64,000 nucleotides of DNA from Chara braunii (lineage: Eukaryota; Plantae; Charophyceae): the NCBI GenBank assembly GCA_003427395.1, contig BFEA01000001.1, forward strand, positions 5,330,203 through 5,394,202, given 5' to 3'. This document shows, piece by piece, positions 23,565-34,538 of this stretch (position 1 is its first letter; every line of letters starts with the position of its first letter). The position numbers and the translations under genes were made by a program. Under the pieces are notes generated by a model, which did no database searches, was not told the origin of the DNA, and saw only the letters and a program-made list of their open reading frames with translations.

Positions 23565-23653
23565 TCCGCGTGGCTGCGGAGTTTTGAACCCACAACCTCA
23601 TTCCACAATGCGCATTTCCAACCGGTGCTCTAACCACTGAGCTACATCGGTGC
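23565..23653 (-). repeat. tRNA-derived SINE head
   Basis: Minus strand TAGCTCAGTGGTTAGAGC...GGGTTCAAAAC; similar heads at about 62480-62530 and 62625-62690. Confidence 0.6.
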
Positions 23654-23669
23654 GCTTTGGTCTGTGCCT

Positions 23670-23958
23670 TGATCGTTGACTGCCTCGTCGGTGCTCCCTT
23701 GCCGATGCTGCCCTGCTGCTTGCATAAAACTTCGTCCTTGCTGCCTTTTTGCCCCCCTGCTCACCATTCTGCCTTGCTGCTTGTCTTGTAGCTTGGCCTC
23801 CCACCTGCCTTCCGCGTGTCCTCCCCCTATGCCTTGCTGTTGCTTGCCCTTCTCTACATTGTCGCTCCCCTTCTTTTTTCTTTCTGGCCTTGTGCCTTGC
23901 TGTGCACCATTCTGTTCTCTGCTTGCCTTGCTGCTCAGAATGCTCTCCTGGTGCTTGT

Positions 23959-23989
<31 letters not shown>

Positions 23990-24948
23990 GAANAAANANC
24001 CCGGTAAATTGCTAGGGGTGCTGGTAAGAGCAGACACCACTAGCCTTCCCCGGGAGGCTCCATCTATTGGTCGGGAGCAGCACCTGCTGGAAAGCGGGTC
24101 CAGCGTCCCTGAACATTTAGTCTGCTTGTTGTACCAAAATGAATTTGTGATGGTAGCCTGGAGAAGGCGTCGTCAGCGAGAGGGAAATTTTGCAGGCGCC
24201 ACTACACAGCACTCTGAGCTGCTTGCCTACCTGACAGCCTACGTCTGGCTTAACCTTTGGCATTCCATACATTGTCTCTTGACTTCATATCCCTGAAGTT
24301 GTTGGCTGCCTACATAATGGCTCTCGGTGGGACTTGCAGCGCAGAATTCTCGGTTTGTGCTTAACCACCAGTACTTCCCCAAGTCGCGGCTTGATGCTGC
24401 CAGCCAGTGCTACAGTGCCACAACGTTTCCACTTAAATGAACTTCCGCAAGCGCCCGAGGCTCGCTCATCCCAGCACGTCGCGGCAGGCAGACGAAGGCG
24501 CCTTTCGGAACACCGGTGGTTTAATGTTCTGGCGTGCTACTTGCCTTGTTGTTTGGCACTGTCGCTTTATTGCCTTCCTTCTCATTGTTCAGAATTTGTG
24601 CTGGCTCATCATGCTCCCTTGTGCCTCACTGCCCTGTCACCCCCTGCCTCGTCTCCTGCTGCCCATCATCCCACTGTGCCGCTTGGCTTGTCATTGGCTG
24701 CCTTGTGCCTCGCTGCCTCACAACCATATTGCCTCACTGCCTTGTTCCCTGACTTCGTTCCTGGCTCGCTGCATTGTTTGCTCCTCTGGTCATCGGGTCA
24801 CTCTGCTGCTTGACTTGTTGTCGGCTGCCTCACTACCTTGTAGCCTCATTGTCCGTTGCCTGCTGCTCGTAGTACCATGCCACCTCGCCGCTTGCCTTGT
24901 CATTTGCCGTTCGGACTTCCGCCTTGCTGCTTTGTTGCTTTACCACCT

Positions 24949-24982
<34 letters not shown>

Positions 24983-25250
24983 GGAACAAGGCTCCAATCT
25001 ATTCGTCACTTGCTGCTCTCCTGACTTCTGCTTATCATGTCGCACTGCGGCTTGCCTTCCTGTTTGGCAGCCTTGTTGCCTTGCTGCCTTGCTGCCTTGA
25101 TGCCTCCTTGCCTGCTGCTTGGGTTGTTGTTTGGGTGCCCACCCACCTCCCCATGTCCTCCTGGCTTTGTGCCTTGCTGTTGCTTCTCGTTCGGTGCCTT
25201 TTTGCCTAGCCCTTGCCTTGCTGCTTGTGATGTCAGTCGTCTGCCACTCA
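23670..25250. repeat. Low-complexity (TGCCT/TGCTGC)-rich repeat with nested insertions
   Basis: Dense degenerate TGCCTTGC motifs interrupted by poly-T tracts and a TTAA-flanked MITE. Confidence 0.6.
23961..24100 (-). mobile_element. Poly(A)-tailed non-LTR 3' end; further copies at 26613-26742(-), 45737-45810(+), 51328-51457(+), 57270-57340(-)
   Basis: Shared motif GCTCCATCTATT..GGGAG..CACCTGCTGGAAA, always next to an A/T tail. Confidence 0.7.
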
Positions 25251-25623
25251 CGCATAACAGGATTTAAACCACCAGTGCATCCACAAAAGCAGATTGAGCG
25301 TCTTCTAAAACTTCGGAGGCCGTGGACCGTCGATAAAATGAATTGGCGGTTCATGGCCTCCTATTTCTTAGGAGAGGCTCAATCTCCTTTTTCGGATGTA
25401 CCGGTGGCTTAAAGGGTATCACTACTCAAAACACCAATATGGCTTAAAGGGGATCACTACTCAACCACACGGCTGACGTATGAGAAAGGTACTGGCGGTT
25501 TACGTGTTGCCTGTTTCTGTTTTTGAAATCTGCATCTGGATGGGATCTTTGTCAGTCGTCTTGCCAGCCTACGTGAACATGCAATACCTCCTCCACTTAG
25601 TCCATAAGTCGAAAAAAAGTTAA

Positions 25624-25721
25624 GGGTCCGTGCTTATGCCTGGAGCTCGCGCACCATGAAGTATGCGGGGTAACAACTACAGATCCCATAGTGCACGACC
25701 TCCAGGCATAAGGACGGACCC
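25624..25721. mobile_element. Foldback MITE (Harbinger-like)
   Basis: GGGTCCGTGCTTATGCCTGGAG...CTCCAGGCATAAGGACGGACCC inverted repeat; TSD not clean. Confidence 0.55.
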
Positions 25722-25945
25722 TTCATGAGAAGTTGTTTCAATTTCTGTTATGGGTTGTAGAAATGAAAACAACTTCTCATGAAGACAGCCGTACTACAGA
25801 TTCTCCTTGACGTCCTTAGTGCGATGCACTACCCATATGCACTACTGGTTGGGTGTTATGGGTTGCAGGAACGAAAACAACTTGTCATCACAACGACTGT
25901 GCCACCGATTCTCCTGGAGGTCCTTCGCGCGGTGCACTATAAGTT

Positions 25946-25983
25946 CTGTCTCTTATACACATCTAGATGTGTATAAGAGACAG
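25946..25983. other. Nextera mate-pair junction adapter (assembly artefact)
   Basis: Exact 38-bp junction adapter followed by (CA)n. Confidence 0.98.
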
Positions 25984-25989
25984 CACACA

Positions 25990-26032
<43 letters not shown>

Positions 26033-27277
26033 GCGCGGACCCACTGGTGACCCCTCATCTGCAAACTAAGGGCCAGGATATTGTTCTGTAATTCAGCAAA
26101 GCGTTCCGAAATTCAGCGGAGGGTTCCAAATGTGGTCATGGTTCAGAGAACTTCAGACAGAGTAAACATTTGGGATGCGCGCCCGGTGCATATACATACA
26201 GCTTCGCTTGACTTTCACCAACTCGTGTGGGGAATGAGACTTGGCAGTCTGTATGAAAAGCACATTTCATTGGCACCATTATTTGACTTGACACCTGGAG
26301 TCCGAGTAGCGCAAAACTCCCCTGGCCCGTCACCTTCATGGAACCAGTCAGCTTTACACAGTTGTCCCATCCTAGTCGATCCTCCCGTCCATAAAAATTG
26401 GCGACCGAAAGAAGTGTACACAGTACACCTATGAATTACTCTCTTCAACTGAATACGATCCATACAGAGTGTCGGTACCGCACTCAAAAGCTGCAATAAA
26501 TACTCGTCACGGTGATCAGTTAAATTTATTTATAGTAAAAACTATTGTCTAAATGAAAATCTAAATTCAATATGAAGTTCTGTACAATCATACAACGTGC
26601 AAATCGATTTCCTTTTTTTTTTTTTTTTTTTTTATAACACCCCCTGCAGTGCTAGTGCTGCTGGCAAATGCAGGCACCACTAGCACCCGGGGAGAGGCTC
26701 CATCTATTTGTGGGGAGCATCAGCTGCTGGAAAACGGGTCTCTCAACAAGAAGAAAGAAGATGAACCTTCCCTCCTTGCACTTCTCAAACAAACGGAAGG
26801 AGGGGAATGGATAACGCAGCGGACCAGCCTCGATTCAAGTGTCAAGTCCTCAAGCAAGCCGTGCTCGCTTAGGGCCTGGATGCAGCCAGCAGACATAGGG
26901 CCCGATTCCCCTGCACAACACTCTACATGCATTAGTAGGAGGCTCTATTGACCAGGTGCATTCCGATGAGTCCAACATTTCAACGGTATCGGGCCAAGAA
27001 AGTGTCCAGGTTCATGTAGAGTGTTCCGTAGAGGAGCGAGGCCCATAACGACCCCATTCTCTGTTTAGGGCTCAAGTAGGCCATCATGCGAATGTCGAAA
27101 TAAGCAACCATTTACATAAAACTCCACTGTCCAGTTCGGATCCGAGTCCCACTTAGCCATGTCCTTCAATTCTTAACCATAGATCGCAGAGATCGACGGT
27201 CAGGAATGAAGAATTTCAGCCTGTGGGATTCGGGTCCCAGAATTCTCTCTGTCAATTAAACCCCTATATTTATTCAT

Positions 27278-27661
27278 GGGAAAATTTTAGAAATGCCCCT
27301 CCGACTTCCGTTTATTTGCGGTATGCCCCTCTGACAGTCGACTTATCCTGTAGCGCCCCTCTGACATTGTTGAAGTTTCCAAAAAACCCCTGGCGTAGTT
27401 CGGGCCTGAATTATGTTCAATATGCCCCTACCCATACTGTTCCCAATTTCCAGTATGCCCAGGTAGCTCCACTCCCTGCGCCGGAGGAACGGCCGTGAGT
27501 GCCACCAACGGCCACAGGGGCATGCCGGAACGTTGCACCCCTCACTGACAGGGGCCTGCAGGAAACTACAGGTGGCCCAGGGGCATGACAGGGTAAGTCG
27601 GCCGACGGAGGGGCATATCACAAATAAATGGAAGTCGGTGGGGCATTTCGACAAATTACCC
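27278..27661. mobile_element. Mutator-like MITE
   Basis: Long (>80 bp) TIRs GGGAAAATTTTAGAAATGCCCC.../...GGGGCATTTCGACAAATTACCC; 9-bp TSD TTTATTCAT/TTTATTAAG (7/9). Confidence 0.8.
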
Positions 27662-27745
27662 TTTATTAAGTTTAATTATTTATTTTTTAGATTAATTGAT
27701 GGCAATTAAATGCCCTCCAGACTTGGTGCAACATACACAAAAGGG

Positions 27746-27780
<35 letters not shown>

Positions 27781-28188
27781 AAGAGACACCCACACTTCAT
27801 GAAGTACTACCCTGCACCTCCCCGAATTGAACCCCACCCCCTCCAAAAGAGAAACCCCATTTCCAGATATTTATTCAACAGCTTGCATCTGGATTCGAAC
27901 TCAAGTCCTCATCTCAACACTTTCACCACAAGCAGTTAACAGGCACCCCCACTTTTCAGCCCTCGTTAACCCCCCCACGGGTGTACCAACTGCGCTGGTC
28001 CCGGTGGTTAGGAACCCACTTTTTCAAACATCTGAGCATTTCTTCGTTTCATGAATAAATGCCAGACCTGTTTTCTATATATATCATATATATATATCGT
28101 CACAAACAGAACTGCCCGGTAAACCGTAGGCAGGGAGAGAGAAGAGGACAACAAACGAGGGGCTGTGACAAACTGTTTCGTATATATA

Positions 28189-28880
28189 CAAGGTTACCTG
28201 ACCGAACGTTTGGGGGCCCCCGGGCTGACCCCCGAACGTTTGGGGGCCCCCGGGCTGACCCCCGAACGTTCGGGCGTTCGGGGTACCGTTCGGGGGCCAA
28301 ACACCTCCAGGTTCGGCCCCCGCCAAAAAATGTTTCGGGGCCTAAAAATAAGTTTTTTTTTCTGAAGTTTTTTTTGTGAGTTCTCTATGATGTAACCTAC
28401 ACGCCTATAAACTTTGAGGCCATTCTTCTAAGCCAAAAAAAACATTAAAAATCGTCAAAGATGGGGGTGTCAAAACGTGGTCGCCCACTCACTATTTTGT
28501 TTTCAGGGCATTTGTCAATGCCAAAAGATAATTAAAAATCGGCGAAGATGGCGGTGTCGAAAAGGTGCTGGCAAACTCACTCATTCTAATTCTCTTTTTA
28601 TTTTTTCTTATTTTTATCATAGTGTTTATTTTCTGTATTTGATTTTAATTCAAATTTGGTAACGAATTTGGATGTAGTGCCCAGGCAAACGTTGTTAAGT
28701 TTATTTTTCTCCATAACATAGTTTTTTTTTCGGATTTTTTTGAAAACTTCCTTTTTTTTTCCCTTTTTTTTTTTTTTGGTCCGCGTTCGGCCCGAACGGC
28801 CGAACGCCTTCCGAAGGGATCCCGCACGTTCGGACGTTCGGTTTCGGGCGTTCGGCCCGTCCCGAACGCCGGTAACCCTG
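28189..28880. mobile_element. hAT-type MITE
   Basis: TIR CAAGGTTACC/GGTAACCCTG; TSD TATATATA/TATATATT; CCGAACG subterminal arrays. Confidence 0.8.
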
Positions 28881-29388
28881 TATATATTGTCACATCACTA
28901 CAAACTTAAAGAGCGCACTATATCGTTATATATATATATCGTCACAAATAGAAGTGCCCGGTAAACCGTAGGCAGAGAGGGAGAAGAGGACAACAAACGA
29001 GGGGCTGTGACAAACTGTTTCGTCGGAGTTTCACCGACTATATATATAAACAGGCAGACATGTTTTATTTGCTTTATCACTAATCAATGGCAGGGTCTAT
29101 GTAACTGGCCACCTGCTTTCAATGACTTGCTGCTTTTGGATTTGCTACCGTCTTCCTTTGACTACAACAACTACTTGTCATTATCTTTTTTCTTTTTTCT
29201 TTTTTTTTCTTTTTTTTTCTGGACCTGACGGGAAGTTGCCCCAAATACAGCTAGCTATAGTGACCACATGTTCTATTCGGGGGAAGGGGATTGGAGGACT
29301 TGGGCTGTCGAACATGGACACACAAGGCACTCCGGAGCAAGAGCCAGAGCAGCACCACGTGTTATATCCTAAAATAGTCAAATACCCC

Positions 29389-29538
29389 TTTAAACCACCA
29401 GTACATGGCCCCAGGCACTTTGATAACCTATTTTGAGCCTCTGCGAAAACTTAGGAGGCTGAGCGCCGTAGATAAAAGGAATCGGTGGTGGGCAGCCTAC
29501 GAAAGGGGGCCGCGCTCGGCATTTACTGGTGCTTTAAA
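29389..29538. mobile_element. TTAA-flanked MITE family (TIR RCCRCCAGTA); copies or ends also near 24361-24524, 25264, 39360-39569, 58147, 61395-61584, 61905, 63870
   Basis: TTTAAACCACCAGTA...TACTGGTGCTTTAAA; the 39.4 kb copy has about 23-bp TIRs. Confidence 0.65.
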
Positions 29539-30236
29539 CCCCTTGGCTTACGCCCGGGTGCCCAGAAAGTTCCACCCCTGACCTGCTTAGAATCGTTGTT
29601 TCCCGCTGTCAATTTACGGCTGCAAGTCGAGAATTGGGTGAAGTGGGCCATCGGCTCAACGGCGCTTTTGTCCTCCGCACGCAAAATCTTTGCTGCATGT
29701 GGTCAAATAGCATGGGATGGAAAACACCCAAGCTGGGATTTCTGTGAACACCGTTGTAAAGGCACCGGCATTCACTCCGCAATGTCCTCAATCAGTACAG
29801 TCAACACATCAGAGGCCGCATGCGCCGAAAATGCTTAAGGCAGGCAAAGTCCTCAATCAGTACCCAATGGAAGACACCCAATGTCCTTAATCAGTACAGT
29901 CAACACTCCGCAATGTCCTCAATCAGTACAGTTAACACACGTAAACTTTCTTGTACGCATTCGGCCATACATGTGACCAGATTCACTCTAATCGCACATC
30001 CTAGTGTGAGCATGCCTGAGGCTTTCGACCGATCGCATGAGCGCAGCGAGGCTTTTGACCGATCGCATGAGCGCAGCCTTCTCTTCGCTATGGGCCCGGC
30101 AACAAACAACCGCTCCCAGTCACAACGTAGATGCCATCCAGTACTGTTGGGTCTCATGAAGAAAACAATTTTCACAGACTGCCCTCGTCCTCCGAGGTGA
30201 CACCTCTGCCTCAAACCCCATAACAGCAATTTTGTC

Positions 30237-31187
30237 AAAATGGACATTTTTTTAATTTGTTTGAATGAAATCGAATCCAACCACAAGTCGCGAGCCGTGC
30301 CCCCCCCCCCCCAAAAAAAAAGAAAGGTCGCAGCTGTACATTTAACTTGAGAGAAGGAAAATAAAAAATTGGCCCGATGGAGGTCGGAATTTTTAGCTTT
30401 TGAGGGCACAGCGTCCTAAAAAGGCACTACCCCATCCAGTGGCCTAGTTCATACTTAGCTTTTGACGTCACAGCGTTCTTAAAACGCACTACCCCATCCA
30501 GCGGCTTAGCTCAGTTGGTAAGGCAAGCAAGTGGCATTCAGGAGGTCTTGGGTTCAATCCCCATTGGCCTCATGTACCTTCCCGGGCAAGCTTGGCGCCC
30601 GCCACCTAGAGATACGCCGTTGGTCGAGTGGCATTGAGCAGAGACTGCTGATGCTCATAGGGGCAGGGGACCGCAGGGGAGGCACAGTTACTGGCCCGCC
30701 GAAGAAGCTCGGTCCTGATGCTACCGGCTAACCCCTGGCCAGTATCGCCCACCTGCTGTTGCAGTTATCGCACCTGCTGGTGGGTGCAGATCCCACATGT
30801 TCCCTCGTTGGAGGCTTGAGCACTGATGTGGCTGGCTGCCACGGGGTTCCCCGTATCGCACGATAATGACAATGAAAAAAGGCCTGAAAGGCTGTCCTGT
30901 CAGATCCGACAGGTAATTGAATTGGTTGGGATTAAAAGAATTAGCCTTCTTTTTTTTTTTTTTTTACTGGATGCATCTTGATGTATCTGGACTCCAGGGC
31001 GCATGACGTTTTCAAAACGCCGTACTCTCTGGATCTATCTGGACGTAGCTGGAGTCCAGGCGGTACGGCGTTTTAAGAAGAACGCTGCACCCTCAAAAGC
31101 TAAAGAATTCAGCCTCAATCGGGCCAATTTCGTTGGTTTCAAAAAAAAAAAAAAAAATCATAAAAATCATTAAAAAATGTCCATTTT
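30237..31187. mobile_element. Long-TIR non-autonomous DNA element carrying a tRNA-like sequence
   Basis: 30237-30425 is the inverse of about 31065-31187 (AAAATGGACATTTTTT; AAATTGGCCCGAT..TAGCTTTTGAGGG); TSD unresolved. Confidence 0.65.
30500..30572 (+). repeat. tRNA-like pol III cassette (A and B boxes), not a functional tRNA
   Basis: TAGCTCAGTTGG and GGGTTCAATCCC; anticodon arm does not fold. Confidence 0.6.
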
Positions 31188-32096
31188 CATGTAATCTTTG
31201 TTCAGTTTTCCCTCTTCTTTTCTTTTCATTTTGTGACTTTATCTCCGCCGCAAAGTGGATCAATGTGGGTTACCATGGCCCCGGCCCCAAATTTTAATCT
31301 GGGTAGGAGTGTTCCTTTCTCACTCCCTCCTTTGTTCTTTTTTTCTTTTTTTTTATAAAGAAAACGGGTGTCGGCCTTGAGATATTGTCATTGAAGCGAC
31401 CGGCCCACGTAACTCAGAAATATCTTTTTCTGTCATCTGATTGCATCTGGATTCGAGCTCTGGTCTGTATTTCAACTGTTCATGGGTGTACGGGGCACCG
31501 ACCGACTGAGCCAGGCCAGTCGGTATCGAAAAGAAGAAAAACATCGTTTTCCAGCCTACAAAGTCAAAATCGACCTGCTGTCGAAGAACGTAAACATCTC
31601 AAACGGCCGGGAAAGCACAAAGGCGCAAAACAAGCAATAGGACGAAGAAAGCCGACTCTGTTGCTGTTAGATAAACACATTACTGCAAAGCTGCATTCTT
31701 TTGCTTTCACTAAAAGCCTAAAAGGCCAAAAAAAAAAAAAAAAAAACGAACATAAAGAGTAACAAGAAAAAAGAAAAAAGCCGTACGTATCTGTTTCCTT
31801 CGCATCGCATGGTTGGATGGAAACCAGCATAAGGCAACACGAGTCGCGATGCCACAAAAATGAAAGCTAGCATGTGGAAATTGCCGGCATGTCCCTCCAC
31901 CTCTCACAGTTGATCAGATAAGACCAGACAACCTTCAGGCGGGAAATCGAATGTCCTACATCTCACTCTCACAGGGAAGAAGGCAAATCTCACTTTCACA
32001 GGGAAAGAAGGCAAAGGTGTGAATAGCCCTGTCATTCATGCCATCACTAACATGCCCCTTCCCACTTCCCCCGTCCCGTGCCCCCTGTTCTCCCCC

Positions 32097-32097
<1 letters not shown>

Positions 32098-32179
<82 letters not shown>
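32098..32179. repeat. Poly-C tract (82 nt)
   Basis: Direct observation. Confidence 0.9.
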
Positions 32180-32181
<2 letters not shown>

Positions 32182-32764
32182 CCTCCTCCCACGCGCGGGC
32201 TGCACAGTAAGCAGATTTCAGAGCCTCTCGGGTGTAGAGCTGTCCTTAGTTGGCAGTATGGCAGTGGGGCGGGGCGGGGCGGGTGAGAAAGTGAAAGGAG
32301 GACAGACACAGGAAAGAGCATGAGAAGCTGGTGGGTGGGTGGGGCCTGTGAAGCATGCAAGATGGTCTTATCCCCGAGCAGGACAAGAAACTTCGGAGAA
32401 AGATCTTATCCGCAACAAAACTGCGAGGTTTCTCAACCCCCCTGTGACCGATACCCCTGGGGGGAAACAGAAAACAGAAAAGTGCAAAACAGAAAGAAAA
32501 AATTGGCCGATTGTGAGAGGTAGGCCAAGGGAGAGCGGGTGATTGCCTGGGGGAGAGGGGGCTTCCACAAGGAAAGGTCCCAAGAAAGATACAAGGATGC
32601 TGACACTGAAGATAATCCTGATGAGGGATAGTGATGAGGATTGTGAGGAACAGGTGGAGCAGAGCATCGAAGCGGGAAAATGGAAGAAAATGGAGCTGAG
32701 GGAGCGGGGTAGGGGGAGGAGGAACGATGTTGAAAGTGAGAAAGAAAGGCGGCGATGTGACACT

Positions 32765-32836
32765 GATGGTGATGATGAGGACGACGACGATGATGATGAT
32801 GATGATGATGATGACGATGATGATGATGATGATGAT
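32765..32836. repeat. (GAT)n microsatellite just 3' of the qRRM gene
   Basis: Direct observation. Confidence 0.9.
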
Positions 32837-32888
32837 CAATGGTTAGGATGAAGCAGTGAGGCAAGAATCTTAGAGTAAACCCCTTCAC

Positions 32889-34538
32889 TCACCCAGCAAT
32901 GAACAGTTCAATGTACCTGTTCCCGATGTTGTCCCTGTTCTTCTCCCTCACTGCCCTCTGTGCTTCCTCCTGACTACCAAAAGTAACATAGGCCTCCCCA
33001 TTTGATCTCCCATCCATTGATGCCCCAAGCCTTACACTATCAACGAGAACATTATACTCGCGGAAAAAATCAAGAATGTCCGTCATCGTTGTTCTATATG
33101 GCAATCCCCTCATTTTTACCGTTGCTCGCGGGTCTGCGAAAGCCGCCCCTGCTGCTGTTGATGGTGTAGCCCCCGTCCTTGGTGGGTAGTAACCTGCCGC
33201 CGCCGCCGCGTGCATATCACTCAGCCCCCATCCTGCTGCCCCTTGCCCGGCCCCCATAAACCCGCTTAACCCCCCTCCCATGAACCCGGCGGCCGCTTGC
33301 TGTTGCATCAGCATGAGCTGCATGCTTGGGTCCATCCCTGCCGCTGCTGCGTGTGCCAGTCCAAACCCTGCGCTTGCTGCTGCCATCATCATCTCTCCTT
33401 TGGTTACTCTGAACAATTCTATGTACCGCGAGCCAATGTTCTGCCTGTGGCGTTCCATAGCCCTCGCAGCCTCCTCCACGCTTGAGAATTCGATGTACGC
33501 CTCCCCCGTTGGTCGGTCCGTTGGTCCCATAACTATATGGATTCCGTTGGGGGCGACACTGTAGCCCTCAAAGAACTCGAGAATTTCCCGCTGGCCGGCA
33601 TTGTATGGAAGTCCGCGCATCTTGATGCACGTGTTCTCCATGCCATCTGAGATGACACCCGCACCCATACCTTGAAGGGCAGGCATGCCCGAGGCGCCGA
33701 CCGTGCCTAAGCTTTGCATGGCCGCAAGGTTCATTCCCAAGCCTTGCATTCCCCCGCCGAGACCGCCGCCCATCAGGCCGCCCATCAGGCCGGGCATGCC
33801 CTGTCCAACTGCAGCACTGCCAAAGGGAGCGAACCCCCCCGCTGCCCCAAACAGACCATACATGCGCTGACTGATAGCAGTCATCATCTCTCCCTTGGTG
33901 CTTCGGAAGAGCTCCACATACCGCTGACCCATCGGCTCCCTGTGGAGCTGCATCGCCCTAGTGGCGAGGTCCTCACTGGCAAATTCGACGAATGCCTCTC
34001 CCGTCGGTCTTCCATCTGCATGCACACAGAGGAAAACCCCATCCTGGACAATCTGAATCCCCTTGAAGAAGTTGGTGATATCCGCCACCGTGGCACTGTA
34101 GGGCATGCCCCGCATGCGCACCACCCCCGTGTACCTCATGTCAGGGTTCCCTGAGGCTCCCGGAATACCTCCGGGAAGAAGCCCACCCCCATTCATGGCA
34201 TTGCTACCCCGTCCCGCCATGCGCAGAGCCCCCTGCATATCTGATGGGTGGCCCTTGAACACCTCGATGTATCTGTTCCCCATATGCTGCCGGTTTCGCT
34301 CTAGCGCCTTGTTTGCAGCATCTTCCGACGCGAACTGAACATACGCCTGACCTGTCGACCTGCCCTGGTAATTCAGGCACATGACAACACCATCAGGCCC
34401 CAGATCCAAGCCCTTAAAAAATTCAATCACATCCGCCTCTGTTGCACTGAACGGAAGACCGCGTAATCGCACAACATTGCTGCGACTCACCTCATCGTCC
34501 AGTGCATTCTTCACCACCAGAGCTGCACTGGCAGCCAT
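32889..34538 (-). CDS. hnRNP F/H / GRSF1 / ESRP-like RNA-binding protein with four qRRM domains
   Basis: Intact 549-aa ORF; four repeats of (V/I)(R/K)xRG(L/M)P(F/Y)..I..FF...GR.TG(E/Q)A(Y/F)(V/I).F.S...A..A......G.RY(I/V)E(L/V)F separated by Gly/Met/Ala-rich linkers. Confidence 0.95.
   Translation of the reverse strand: MAASAALVVKNALDDEVSRSNVVRLRGLPFSATEADVIEFFKGLDLGPDGVVMCLNYQGRSTGQAYVQFASEDAANKALERNRQHMGNRYIEVFKGHPSDMQGALRMAGRGSNAMNGGGLLPGGIPGASGNPDMRYTGVVRMRGMPYSATVADITNFFKGIQIVQDGVFLCVHADGRPTGEAFVEFASEDLATRAMQLHREPMGQRYVELFRSTKGEMMTAISQRMYGLFGAAGGFAPFGSAAVGQGMPGLMGGLMGGGLGGGMQGLGMNLAAMQSLGTVGASGMPALQGMGAGVISDGMENTCIKMRGLPYNAGQREILEFFEGYSVAPNGIHIVMGPTDRPTGEAYIEFSSVEEAARAMERHRQNIGSRYIELFRVTKGEMMMAAASAGFGLAHAAAAGMDPSMQLMLMQQQAAAGFMGGGLSGFMGAGQGAAGWGLSDMHAAAAAGYYPPRTGATPSTAAGAAFADPRATVKMRGLPYRTTMTDILDFFREYNVLVDSVRLGASMDGRSNGEAYVTFGSQEEAQRAVREKNRDNIGNRYIELFIAG

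Noticed and set aside
23676-25412. Cys/Leu-rich ORFs
   Set aside because: Translations of TGCCT low-complexity repeats
29773-29940. Repeats of GTCCTCAATCAGTAC with variable spacing as a CRISPR array
   Set aside because: Irregular, partly tandem and degenerate; eukaryotic context; no cas genes
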